DNA of 53,673 bases from Escherichia phage mEp515. The notes under the pieces are model-generated. The model was not told the origin of the DNA, made no database searches, and saw only the letters and a list, made by a program, of their open reading frames with translations. Positions 17,105 to 25,796 of the stretch are shown in pieces. Location of the stretch: the sequence record PP180003; one strand, 5' to 3'. Position 1 is the first letter of the stretch; every line of letters starts with the position of its first letter. The position numbers and the translations under genes are program-made.

Positions 17105-17644
17105 ATGAAAAATGATTTTGGAGGCAGCCACACTCCTAAGGAAATTAAAGATCTATGGCAGACGCCTAAACCAGTTTTCAGAGGAATGGACCGCGAATTT
17201 GAATTTGTCGCTGACGTGGCGGCAAACAAGGAAAATGCGCTAGTTCCTCGGTATATAACCGAAGAAATGGACACGTTGCATTATCCGTGGGGAGCTGTGG
17301 CAATGCCTGGTGAGTATGTCTGGCTTAATCCGCCATATTCTAAACCGGGGCCATTCGTTGAGAAGGCGGCATTAGAACATCAACGAAATCACATTGGCTG
17401 TGTAATGCTGTTGCCCGCTGACATTTCTGTTAGCTGGTTTATGAACGGCGTGGATACGGCAAACGAATGCCGATTAATCACGCGCGGGCGGCTGGCGTTT
17501 ATCAATGCTGCGACTGGTAAGCCAGTAAGCGGAAACAATAAAGGGAGCTTGTTTTTGATCTGGCATCCACGGTGCAGACATGAATGTATTTTTACACACA
17601 TAACACGTAAAGAGCTATACGCAAGAGGTGCAGATAATGACTAG
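17105..17644 (+). CDS. Phage N6-adenine DNA methyltransferase (Dam-like)
   Basis: 179 aa; catalytic NPPY motif (VWLNPPYSKPG); size and layout typical of phage orphan Dam methylases. Confidence 0.8.
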   Translation: MKNDFGGSHTPKEIKDLWQTPKPVFRGMDREFEFVADVAANKENALVPRYITEEMDTLHYPWGAVAMPGEYVWLNPPYSKPGPFVEKAALEHQRNHIGCVMLLPADISVSWFMNGVDTANECRLITRGRLAFINAATGKPVSGNNKGSLFLIWHPRCRHECIFTHITRKELYARGADND

Positions 17645-18134
17645 TGCAGCAGATTTACTACGAATCGCAGCGGAAACAATTGAGCAAAGAGGTAAACAAA
17701 ACGGCTACGACAGAAAAGAGGAAAAATCAGCGCCAAAAATAGCCACTATATACAACGCTAAGAAGGGCGCAAATTTAACCCCACTTGATGTATGGGATCT
17801 GATGATTTGTCTTAAGGAGGCGCGTTTAGAGGCTATTTTGGTTAATGGCAGCGATCCCACTGACACTTTGGTTGACCTAATCAGCTACAGCGCACTAAAA
17901 GCTGAGCAAATATTGAATGATCTGGATGAAGAGTTAAAGAAAAATCAGTTCACTGCCGCCAATATTAATGATGGAATAATAAATGACGCAGCAATAACAA
18001 GCTGTAAGGGATTGCCGCCTTCAATGCTTAAACCTCAGTGTGGCTGTATTTCAAATCGGCTTGATTTGAGTTTTGACAGATCTGAAGCTATTCGCGACAA
18101 GAGGTATGACCCAAATGAAAAAGGTGACAATTGA
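17637..18134 (+). CDS. Hypothetical protein (possible nucleotide pyrophosphohydrolase-like domain)
   Basis: ORF with AGAGGTG SD; functional guess is weak. Confidence 0.4.
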   Translation: MTSAADLLRIAAETIEQRGKQNGYDRKEEKSAPKIATIYNAKKGANLTPLDVWDLMICLKEARLEAILVNGSDPTDTLVDLISYSALKAEQILNDLDEELKKNQFTAANINDGIINDAAITSCKGLPPSMLKPQCGCISNRLDLSFDRSEAIRDKRYDPNEKGDN

Positions 18135-18618
18135 CAGGTTATTGGCCTGCGTTTATGTCGCCGTTTTCGTGATCATCAACCTAATTGTTAACCATTGCGG
18201 CCCGTGGGTGATTCCTATCACTACGGTAGCCGCTGTGTGTGTCAATATGATGATCCGCGACTTCCTGTTATATGACGGCGGTATCAAGTGGTCGGCGACA
18301 ACATGCGCCGCCGCTGGCGCAATCACTGTGCTGATAAATTACGACGCCGGAATGGTAGCGATCGCGTCATTTGTTGCGGTTGTTTCCGGTGCACTTATTT
18401 CTGGCGGCGTTTACCGGGTTTTACCTGGTGACTTTGATTCAAAACGATGGCCTGCAAATATAGCGTCAGCAATAGGCGATGCGTTGATTTTCCCTACGCT
18501 ATCGTTTATGGCATTCATGCCGGAAATATCAGCAATGCAATTCATATCCAAAATGGCGGCGGTAACGGTGATCACTATCATCATGCGCCGCTATTTTACG
18601 TTTGAGGGTAGAAAATGA
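18115..18618 (+). CDS. Integral membrane protein (4-5 predicted TM helices)
   Basis: Strongly hydrophobic segments throughout; start uncertain (18106 or 18115). Confidence 0.5.
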   Translation: MKKVTIDRLLACVYVAVFVIINLIVNHCGPWVIPITTVAAVCVNMMIRDFLLYDGGIKWSATTCAAAGAITVLINYDAGMVAIASFVAVVSGALISGGVYRVLPGDFDSKRWPANIASAIGDALIFPTLSFMAFMPEISAMQFISKMAAVTVITIIMRRYFTFEGRK

Positions 18619-19373
18619 GCAGGGGTAAACATTGGTTTAATAATTGGCTTAGAAATTGGGTCGTTTGGTCGTTGTACGACGGCAGCGGGTACGCCGTCAA
18701 AGATTGGGCGGAAGCAGGATATAAGTGCTATTGCTTCAACTATGACGGCGCAAATCACGGCGATTATGAAGGCGTTAAAATCATTCATCCAAATATTGAA
18801 TACGTTAACGTATGGATTGACAGTCACTTCCTGGTGATGTTCTCGCCTGAACTGTCAGTTTACCCAGATCCTGATATTATCCTGGGCTTCCCGCCGTGCG
18901 ACGATCTCGCCGTGTCTGGCGCTCGCTGGTTCGCTGATAAACGGAAAAAAGATCCTGACTTCCAGGTGAAGGCGGCGAATAGCGCAAAACTGGTAGAAAA
19001 ACTGGCGGATATGCACAACGTGCCGTGGATGGTGGAAAATCCGGTGGGAGCACTGTCAACGCTATGGCGCAAACCTGATTTTATTTTCAACCCTTGCGCT
19101 TACGGTGGCTACCTGCCGGAAGACGACAAACATCCTGCTTTCCCTGATGTTTACCCTGCGCGCGACGCGTATACAAAGAAAACTTGCATATGGTGCGGCA
19201 ACGGATTCAAACAGCCGCTTTTTAGACCTGTAGATCTTAACTCTGGCGATAACCCTGGGTGGGCGAAAACCGGAGGCAGGACGAAACGAACAAAGATGAT
19301 CCGCTCACTAACTCCGCGTGGCTTTGCCCGTGCTGTATTCCTGGCTAACCATAACAGCGCTTTACCGGACTGA
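18615..19373 (+). CDS. DNA (cytosine-5) methyltransferase-like protein, short and atypical
   Basis: 252 aa; motif-IV-like GFPPCDD (Pro-Cys) and motif-VI-like WMVENPVG (ENV); no target-recognition domain at this length. Confidence 0.4.
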   Translation: MSRGKHWFNNWLRNWVVWSLYDGSGYAVKDWAEAGYKCYCFNYDGANHGDYEGVKIIHPNIEYVNVWIDSHFLVMFSPELSVYPDPDIILGFPPCDDLAVSGARWFADKRKKDPDFQVKAANSAKLVEKLADMHNVPWMVENPVGALSTLWRKPDFIFNPCAYGGYLPEDDKHPAFPDVYPARDAYTKKTCIWCGNGFKQPLFRPVDLNSGDNPGWAKTGGRTKRTKMIRSLTPRGFARAVFLANHNSALPD

Positions 19374-19470
19374 AATTTACAAAATGGCGTCATTGCGTGA
19401 TATGGATCACATAATGGCGCTTTTCACCTTGTTATGACGTATCCATTTTGTATACTTCAAACAAGCAAAA

Positions 19471-19503
19471 TGCTCTTTAAAAATCCGGCAGCGCTGAAAT
19501 GCG
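19471..19503 (+). promoter_or_regulatory. Second plus-strand nut-like element (boxA-like GCTCTTTAAAAA plus hairpin GCGC-TGAAAT-GCGT)
   Basis: 26/33 identical to the minus-strand element at 10272-10304; hairpin start resembles P22 boxB GCGCUGA (from memory). Confidence 0.3.
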
Positions 19504-19532
19504 TAGAAATCACCTGAAAAGGAGAGAGCATT

Positions 19533-19709
19533 ATGCCTTTTGATAATTACCAATGGCATGACGACTATGAACGAGAAAGCGTCATGCGTGCAATGTGCAA
19601 TGTATGCAGCACGAAGAAAGGAGACTGCAACGAGTGCAACGAATGTTTAGATCATTGGCTAAGGGCCGGACACGCCGAAAGGCTGAACGAAACAGAGAAT
19701 CAAAAATAA
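19533..19709 (+). CDS. Small Cys-rich protein (58 aa)
   Basis: Strong AAGGAG SD; CNVC...CNECNEC putative zinc ligands. Confidence 0.35.
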   Translation: MPFDNYQWHDDYERESVMRAMCNVCSTKKGDCNECNECLDHWLRAGHAERLNETENQK

Positions 19710-19723
19710 TCGGGGTGGTTTTT

Positions 19724-20329
19724 ATGCAAAACCCTAAAAAACCCATACGACGCCGTTGCAAATGCTGCGGCGTTTTTTTTGAGCCTAAATATCACAATCA
19801 AACGTGGTGCAGTGATGAATGTCTGGAAGAACTGAAGTTTGACCAGCTATGCCGCGACCGAGAAAAGGCTATGAAGGCTATGGAACGGAAGAAACGCCGC
19901 GACAGCCAGCGTGAGGAACGCAACCGGAAACGTAAACAGTTAAATCCGCGCAGCTACTGGATTAAACAGGCGCAAAACGTGTTTAACGCATATATTCGCG
20001 AACGTGACGCAGGACAGCCGTGTATATCTTGCGGGACTTATTATTACGAACAATGCGGCGCTGATGCTGGACACTGGCGCACAGTAGCGGCAGCCGGACA
20101 CCTTCGCTTTAACGAGGATAACGTAAACCTACAATGCCGACATTGCAATCAGGTATTAGACGGCAATGTAGAGTTATACAGAATAAATTTAATAAAAAAA
20201 ATAGGATTAGAAAGGGTGGAGGCATTAGAAAATAATAACGAGACTCACAAATGGACGATAGAAGAATGTAAGGAAATCATAAAAGTCTATCAGGCTAAAT
20301 TGGACGCCTTAAGGAGAAAGGCGGCATGA
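19724..20329 (+). CDS. ninG: NinG / Rap-like recombination endonuclease
   Basis: Start at internal ATG (MQNPKK); PRSYWIKQAQNVFNAYIRERD, PCISCG, GHWRTVAAAGHLRFNE, HKWTIEECKEI closely track lambda NinG as I recall it. Confidence 0.85.
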   Translation: MQNPKKPIRRRCKCCGVFFEPKYHNQTWCSDECLEELKFDQLCRDREKAMKAMERKKRRDSQREERNRKRKQLNPRSYWIKQAQNVFNAYIRERDAGQPCISCGTYYYEQCGADAGHWRTVAAAGHLRFNEDNVNLQCRHCNQVLDGNVELYRINLIKKIGLERVEALENNNETHKWTIEECKEIIKVYQAKLDALRRKAA

Positions 20330-20733
20330 ATGAATATTCTTTTAGCCTGCCTTACCCGCCATCGAACAATCGCTATTACCGACATTCTCGCGGTTTTCAC
20401 TATATTAGCAAAGTGGGGAAGGAATACAGGGAACAAGTAAGAGACATCATCGAGCTATTAAATTTAAACATCAACCTATCTTGCCGACTGGCAATAACTA
20501 TTCATGCCGCGCCGCCTGATAACCGGATCAGAGATCTGGATAATATCCCAAAATGCCTTTTTGATAGCCTTACTTACGCCGGATTCTGGACCGACGACGG
20601 ACAAATCGATTCTATAAAAATTGTTCGCTGCCGGAAGGTGAAAGGCGGGCGATTGTTTATTAAGGTGCGCGAGCGCGGCGACCTGTTACCGGATATTGGC
20701 GAATACGAAACTAATATATGGGGTGAGAAATGA
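20326..20733 (+). CDS. rusA: RusA-family Holliday junction resolvase
   Basis: 135 aa; LPYPPSNNRYYRH, RDLDNIPKCLFDSLTYAGFWTDDGQI, GGRLFIKV match the RusA signature. Confidence 0.9.
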   Translation: MNEYSFSLPYPPSNNRYYRHSRGFHYISKVGKEYREQVRDIIELLNLNINLSCRLAITIHAAPPDNRIRDLDNIPKCLFDSLTYAGFWTDDGQIDSIKIVRCRKVKGGRLFIKVRERGDLLPDIGEYETNIWGEK

Positions 20734-20912
20734 AAAACGAAATTAAAGATCTGCAAATAGATATTCAGCGCGACGAGCTTGATTTAGCTACAGTCAGGCA
20801 AATCCAGGCTTTCCACATGAGAGAATTGCTTGCGCTGAAAGAGCTTGAAAGAAAGTTGGTCCAGTCAATATCTGATCGCAAAAGACTGGTTGCGCGTTAC
20901 GGGGGTAAATAA
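20730..20912 (+). CDS. Hypothetical protein (60 aa)
   Basis: ORF, coupled. Confidence 0.4.
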   Translation: MKNEIKDLQIDIQRDELDLATVRQIQAFHMRELLALKELERKLVQSISDRKRLVARYGGK

Positions 20913-21634
20913 TGAATTTGGAATCTATTCTTAAATTCCATTTCCCAAAGTCACCGCGTTTGTCAGATGAAAGCCGTGGAACATCACCTGATGCACTTAA
21001 TACTACTGATGCACTAACCGCCGCAGGTATGGCGCAATCTCGCGTAGAGCTTGGATATAGCGCTTTTTTAGGGAAGATGGAACTATCACAAGCCGAAAAA
21101 CATAAGGCCGTAGTTTTGCTTATAGAGCGTTTAAAGGCTATGGCAAAAGATTATAAATACGTTATGGAACTGGACGAGGCACAACGCAATGATCTCATTA
21201 TTCTTGTTGCCGTTTTTGCGTTTCGGGATTATTGCCAGAGTGCCGCGACGGAAAAAACTTGCATGGAGTGCGGCGGATATAAATTTACGTTTGACGAATA
21301 CGGTGAAAAACACCTTTGTAAAAAATGCAAGGGGCATGGGACAGTTCGCAATCATTGTAAACAATGCAAGGGCCGTGGCGAAGTACCGGACAAAGCAGCC
21401 AGCGAAGCGACGGAAATGCCAGTATTCAAAACGTGCCAGCATTGCGGCGGGCGCGGTTACTCGCGTTTCCCAGTAGATCTTGTTCGGCAGGCGGTTAATC
21501 AGCTTGTTTTCCCTGTAAGCCGATCAACATGGTGGAAGAAATACAGGGTTTTCTATGAAGACGCCATAGTGGAGCTATTCAAAGAAGAATCTCGCGCGGA
21601 AAGCGAAATCAAACGAGTGACACGGGGTGAATAA
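20912..21634 (+). CDS. Q-like late antiterminator candidate with DnaJ-type zinc finger
   Basis: 240 aa; four CxxCxGxG repeats (CMECGGYK, CKKCKGHG, CKQCKGRG, CQHCGGRG); follows ninG/rusA as Q does in lambdoid phages, but 1.9 kb from the lysis cassette. Confidence 0.4.
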   Translation: MNLESILKFHFPKSPRLSDESRGTSPDALNTTDALTAAGMAQSRVELGYSAFLGKMELSQAEKHKAVVLLIERLKAMAKDYKYVMELDEAQRNDLIILVAVFAFRDYCQSAATEKTCMECGGYKFTFDEYGEKHLCKKCKGHGTVRNHCKQCKGRGEVPDKAASEATEMPVFKTCQHCGGRGYSRFPVDLVRQAVNQLVFPVSRSTWWKKYRVFYEDAIVELFKEESRAESEIKRVTRGE

Positions 21635-21864
21635 TGGAGCTAAAAATCTGGCAGGCTATCGACGTTGTTGATAATGAATTGTCTATGTTCGCCACTAACG
21701 GGAAACGCGTTGTGATCGCTACATGGACTCGTAACCATGATGATATTGCTTTTCGTCGCGCGGCGGCGGAATTGCTTTTCTCTGATGGCGGCTACACGAT
21801 GAACATCGACCAGCTTGCAAGAATGAAAGATGAAAAACTGGTTGATAGCTACACAACTGCTTAA
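21634..21864 (+). CDS. Hypothetical protein (76 aa)
   Basis: ORF. Confidence 0.4.
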   Translation: MELKIWQAIDVVDNELSMFATNGKRVVIATWTRNHDDIAFRRAAAELLFSDGGYTMNIDQLARMKDEKLVDSYTTA

Positions 21865-21874
21865 CGGGGTGAAT

Positions 21875-22108
21875 ATGCGTATCTATGAACACAAGCGGGA
21901 TAAAACCCGCTTTTTTGTTCGTGCTGGAGTGGCGTACCAGTATCACGAATGCGGTTACATTGAGGAGCTTGCTTACGATCTGGACTTCGAGCAAGAAAAG
22001 GAATGGTTCGATTTTAAAATTTACCGGAAGCGCAAACCAACGCGCGACGAGCGACACGCTATCCGTGACTTTTTAATCAGCATTGAACGTTGGGAGACAG
22101 AGGAATGA
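21875..22108 (+). CDS. Hypothetical protein
   Basis: Internal ATG with GGGGTGA SD. Confidence 0.4.
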   Translation: MRIYEHKRDKTRFFVRAGVAYQYHECGYIEELAYDLDFEQEKEWFDFKIYRKRKPTRDERHAIRDFLISIERWETEE

Positions 22109-22332
22109 AGGTAAAATTCTTGCACGATCACGGTTATCCGTCATTGAAACAGGTTGTTGGTAAGGTCGTTGATGTCGTTCATAGCGATGATGTCACTTGC
22201 ATGATTAACGGTGCTGATCTAATTGCCGCTGGTGCTGATGACCATTACATAAATCCAGCGTGGTCGTATACGTTTAGCCTGGGCGACTTCGTTGGCGACA
22301 AGGGGCGCGGGCTGGAAGTGGTCGAGGGTTAA
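22105..22332 (+). CDS. Hypothetical protein
   Basis: ATG 22105; GGGAG upstream. Confidence 0.4.
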   Translation: MKVKFLHDHGYPSLKQVVGKVVDVVHSDDVTCMINGADLIAAGADDHYINPAWSYTFSLGDFVGDKGRGLEVVEG

Positions 22333-22336
22333 CATC

Positions 22337-22585
22337 ATGGACGTTTACGAAGATCTATACCTCCAGACAAACACCAACACTTTTTATTTTCTTAAAAACG
22401 GCGTCGTGTATCGCAGTGACGACGGGGTGATAATGAAAGAGTGGTTATTTAAGCGTGAAGACCTACTCGACGATCTGGTTTTTGCCGGTGTATTTCGTAA
22501 ACGTCCGGCTAACCTGGAAGAAGAAATGTTGATTGAGGTTATTAAAAATGAAAATCAGGGTAAGTTATTTCCGGGCGAAAGATAA
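22337..22585 (+). CDS. Hypothetical protein
   Basis: ATG with GAGGG SD. Confidence 0.4.
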   Translation: MDVYEDLYLQTNTNTFYFLKNGVVYRSDDGVIMKEWLFKREDLLDDLVFAGVFRKRPANLEEEMLIEVIKNENQGKLFPGER

Positions 22586-22799
22586 GGCAACAGGAAAGCA
22601 GGTGGCGATCCTGGTTAACGAGGCGCAGTACATGTTTGTCCTTCAGCCGTGGTGTATGGCTGACTATAGCAGTGATTATCGCCGTCATGCTGCGCGGAGT
22701 GCGGTAGGGATGAAGGGATGGCAACCGCGCGACATGGAAAACTATTGTGAATGGAAATTAGTAGCAAAATACACGGTCGATTATAAAGGGGTTTTCTGA
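22548..22799 (+). CDS. Hypothetical protein
   Basis: ATG with GAGGT SD. Confidence 0.4.
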   Translation: MKIRVSYFRAKDKATGKQVAILVNEAQYMFVLQPWCMADYSSDYRRHAARSAVGMKGWQPRDMENYCEWKLVAKYTVDYKGVF

Positions 22800-22871
22800 T
22801 TAATGTCACTTTCCTGGACGATGCGCGAAACAGGGGCCAAATGGCCCCATTAAACCAGAAGGGGTGGGATC

Positions 22872-23171
22872 ATGAAAAGCGATAAATTCATTGCGTGCTG
22901 TTTTGTCGAAGTTCCTAATGATGATGTTTTCTACAATTATGAATTTAAAGACAGTTGGGGCGGATCTCATGTTGTAGTTGGCAAGCGCGGCGACTGGTTA
23001 TATATCACTGATGGTGACAGGATCTTCACTAAAAACCAGTTGTTAAGAATAAAGGCAGAAAATAATGAAATACCAGTTGGTAATATGGGGATTATGAACT
23101 ACCACGCCTGCCTATGTTTAAAGCAAGATGCGGTAAATAAAGCGCGTAGCTTACCTGGTGCGGAGTTTTAA
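22872..23171 (+). CDS. Hypothetical protein (99 aa)
   Basis: ORF. Confidence 0.4.
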   Translation: MKSDKFIACCFVEVPNDDVFYNYEFKDSWGGSHVVVGKRGDWLYITDGDRIFTKNQLLRIKAENNEIPVGNMGIMNYHACLCLKQDAVNKARSLPGAEF

Positions 23172-23173
23172 TT

Positions 23174-23347
23174 ATGGTTGTGTTCAGGCTATGGCGCGGT
23201 GTTAGTCGTACCGATGGCACGTACAGCCGCGTGATTGAAGATGTAAATCGTGGGCGTTTTTATGAACTGGCATACAATGAGGGAATGGGAAATACATATT
23301 TTGATGAATCTATCCATATGTGGCGGAAGATGGCTGGTGAAGGTTAG
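23174..23347 (+). CDS. Hypothetical small protein (57 aa)
   Basis: GGAG SD; not in ORF track. Confidence 0.3.
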   Translation: MVVFRLWRGVSRTDGTYSRVIEDVNRGRFYELAYNEGMGNTYFDESIHMWRKMAGEG

Positions 23348-23538
23348 CGACCTATGAACGAGATTGAAGACGGTATCTATTTACACAAGGTATTTAACAT
23401 CACCTATTTACTTAGAGGTGAATCGGTGATGATAAGACCTGATGATGATCCGCATTGGGAATCAAGCGACATGGATCGGTGGCATATGCAAACATTACTA
23501 AATAATGGCCTGATATATAGAAAGCCGTAAAGCCGTAT

Positions 23539-23567
23539 TTGTAGAGCGTAAACAAACAGATTAAAAT
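23539..23567 (+). promoter_or_regulatory. Candidate late promoter (pR'-like) just upstream of terminator and lysis genes
   Basis: -35 TTGTAG (23539-23544), 17-bp spacer, -10 TAAAAT (23562-23567). Confidence 0.3.
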
Positions 23568-23594
23568 ATTACCTAACAATGCGAAATTGTAATT

Positions 23595-23620
23595 ACCCGG
23601 CCCCGCGCCGGGTTTTTGCT
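23595..23620 (+). terminator. Rho-independent terminator (tR'-like) preceding holin
   Basis: ACCCGGC-CCCGC-GCCGGGT hairpin followed by TTTTTG. Confidence 0.7.
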
Positions 23621-23637
23621 TTGTTGGAGGTAAATCT

Positions 23638-23838
23638 ATGTTCGACAGAATACGGGAGGCGTGTGCGTATGTGACTGGGGCCGTAACTGCTTTTTTCGGC
23701 GCTATAACCATCAATGACGTCGCTGTTTTCGTTGGTATCTTATCAACCATAGGCACATTTGCCGTTAATTATTACTTCAAATCACAGGAGAACAAGCGGG
23801 CGCAAGAGGAACACGACGCGCGAATGGGGAATAAGTAA
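23638..23838 (+). CDS. Holin, probable pinholin (two TM helices)
   Basis: 66 aa; two hydrophobic helices and basic C-terminus; GGAGG SD; directly precedes SAR endolysin. Confidence 0.65.
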   Translation: MFDRIREACAYVTGAVTAFFGAITINDVAVFVGILSTIGTFAVNYYFKSQENKRAQEEHDARMGNK

Positions 23839-24330
23839 ATGATTAGCCAATCGCTGAAAAACAAGATTGTTGCGGCGGCGGCTGGTGGGGCGATCGCTAT
23901 TGCGGCGGTGATGATTAAGCCATTAGAGGGCGTGGAATACGATCCTTATCGTGATGTTGTTGGCGTATGGACTGTTTGCTACGGTCACACCGGAAAAGAC
24001 ATCATGCTTGGGAAGACTTACACGCAATCAGAATGCGATGCTTTGTTGAACAAAGATCTACATAAGACCGCAAAAGCGATTGACCCATATATCAAAGTCG
24101 AAATATCAGATTTTACCCGCGCTGCACTTTATTCATTCGCCTATAACGTAGGCGCAACCAACTTCAAAACATCAACCTTATTAAAGCTACTCAATGACGG
24201 CAAGAAATCAGAGGCGTGCGCACAGCTTAAGCGCTGGGTATACGCTGGCGGTAAGAAGTGGCAAGGCCTGGTTAACCGCCGCGAGGTTGAATATGCCGTT
24301 TGCGAATGGGGTGAGAAATGGACAAGGTGA
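23839..24330 (+). CDS. SAR endolysin (T4-lysozyme-like, GH24)
   Basis: N-terminal signal-anchor-release segment [17 protein letters not shown]; catalytic E-x8-D-x5-T pattern ([23 protein letters not shown]). Confidence 0.85.
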   Translation: MISQSLKNKIVAAAAGGAIAIAAVMIKPLEGVEYDPYRDVVGVWTVCYGHTGKDIMLGKTYTQSECDALLNKDLHKTAKAIDPYIKVEISDFTRAALYSFAYNVGATNFKTSTLLKLLNDGKKSEACAQLKRWVYAGGKKWQGLVNRREVEYAVCEWGEKWTR

Positions 24331-24788
24331 AGACGTTAATCATCGCCGTTGTTGTTTGCATTATTGCCGGACTGATCGCCGTAACGTGTTATTACCAGGG
24401 TGAAACGGCAAGGTTACAGGAAGAAGTCACGGTGACGAAAGGCGCACTGAAGACAGCAAGTAACACTATTCAGCAGATGAAGGAGCGAAACGCCGAACTG
24501 TCAAAACTTGATAAGAGGTATCACGATGAGATTAAAGCTATCAGATCTGACATTGCCGATCTGCGCACTGGCATTGATAACGGTACTATCAGGCTGCGCG
24601 TCAACGCCGTGCCAATGCGAACAGACAGTAATACCGGAACCTCCAGCCGCATTGATGGAGCCACCTGCGAACCTACTGCCGACGCTAAATCGGCTTATCT
24701 ATCCCTCAGAGAACAACTAAAAATAAAAGACGCACAGATCACTGGCCTACAGGACTACATCAAAACGCAGTGCTTACGCAAAGAATAA
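24318..24788 (+). CDS. Rz-like i-spanin
   Basis: 156 aa; N-terminal TM helix then coiled-coil periplasmic domain. Confidence 0.7.
   Translation: MDKVKTLIIAVVVCIIAGLIAVTCYYQGETARLQEEVTVTKGALKTASNTIQQMKERNAELSKLDKRYHDEIKAIRSDIADLRTGIDNGTIRLRVNAVPMRTDSNTGTSSRIDGATCEPTADAKSAYLSLREQLKIKDAQITGLQDYIKTQCLRKE
24526..24720 (+). CDS. Rz1-like o-spanin lipoprotein embedded in +1 frame of Rz
   Basis: Signal peptide with lipobox VLSGC, Pro-rich mature part ([16 protein letters not shown]); GAGGT SD. Confidence 0.55.
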   Translation: MRLKLSDLTLPICALALITVLSGCASTPCQCEQTVIPEPPAALMEPPANLLPTLNRLIYPSENN

Positions 24789-25124
24789 CAGCGCGTGGAC
24801 GTGTCGCCGTTTCCGCCAGCCAGCCATAACCGGGCCAATCCTTCCCGCGAGCGACGGCAGAAATTCAAAAACACGTAATACCGGATCAACAGTCCCATTA
24901 ACAGGTCAGGCGCTACCTGGGTAGAAGAAAGCGTCATTACTCACCTGCCATGCGTAGGACGAGCGCCCGGATCTGTTTATCAGAGATGTTAAGCAGGTCC
25001 AGATTTATAAAATTCTGGAAACGGTACTCATGCAGCGCCGTTTTCAGTGTTTTATAGCTGTTTTCACTCCCTGCGGTGTCCAGTTTTGCGGGGGTTATAT
25101 TTTTCAGGATAGAGGAATATTCTG

Positions 25125-25709
25125 ATGGCTAAGGGTAAAGGCATTAAGTTGCCTCAATTCAAAGTTCCGCTCTTTGAGCATACAACAGTTTTCTTCTGCC
25201 CGACCCGCGACATGTTTTATGAATTTTGCGAAAGGGCCGGAATACCAATCGAACCTGATTTCGAACTGGCAGGAGGATTAACGCTTACTTGTACTGGTGA
25301 GAAAGGCGGTAATTTCTATGTGATCGCAGTATTCGACAATGAGTTAGGTACGCTGGTACACGAATGCGCTCACACTACATTCCACGTTCTAAGCGATGTA
25401 GGTGTCGTGGCAACCACTGATCCAACTCATCCGGCAAACGAGACATATGCTTACATGGTAGGCCGTATCTTTGACGCATTCTTCCCAATCCTGGCAGAGT
25501 CAAACGAAGCACAGATTGCAGCAATGCAGGCGGCTGAAGTTGTCGAGAAGGCATTAGATCAGGCAGAAAAGGCGACTGATGCAGCAGAGCAAGCAGTAAA
25601 ACAGGCAGAGGAACCGAAAGAAGAGAAAAAACCAGTTAAGAAAGGCAAACGTAAGCCTAAAGCAAAAGAGGCGCTTGTGCCGCGTGTTATGAGATTTAAA
25701 CGGGGGTGA
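25125..25709 (+). CDS. Hypothetical protein with HExxH motif and polybasic C-terminal tail
   Basis: 194 aa; HECAH zincin-like motif; C-terminus KKPVKKGKRKPKAKEALVPRVMRFKRG. Confidence 0.5.
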   Translation: MAKGKGIKLPQFKVPLFEHTTVFFCPTRDMFYEFCERAGIPIEPDFELAGGLTLTCTGEKGGNFYVIAVFDNELGTLVHECAHTTFHVLSDVGVVATTDPTHPANETYAYMVGRIFDAFFPILAESNEAQIAAMQAAEVVEKALDQAEKATDAAEQAVKQAEEPKEEKKPVKKGKRKPKAKEALVPRVMRFKRG

Positions 25710-25711
25710 TT

Positions 25712-25786
25712 ATGATTGACCCGCTCATTATCCTTTCTGCCTGTGTCGCTGTATGGCTGGCGATCATGATATTCATCGAAAGCTGA
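25712..25786 (+). CDS. Mini-ORF 1, hydrophobic peptide (24 aa, MIDPLIILSACVAVWLAIMIFIES)
   Basis: ATG 3 nt after upstream stop; GGGGG upstream. Confidence 0.3.
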   Translation: MIDPLIILSACVAVWLAIMIFIES

Positions 25787-25796
25787 AGGTGTTCAC

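Noticed and set aside
23412-23756. Minus-strand 114-aa ORF overlapping terminator and holin
   Set aside because: Spans a rho-independent terminator and is antisense to the holin; no SD.
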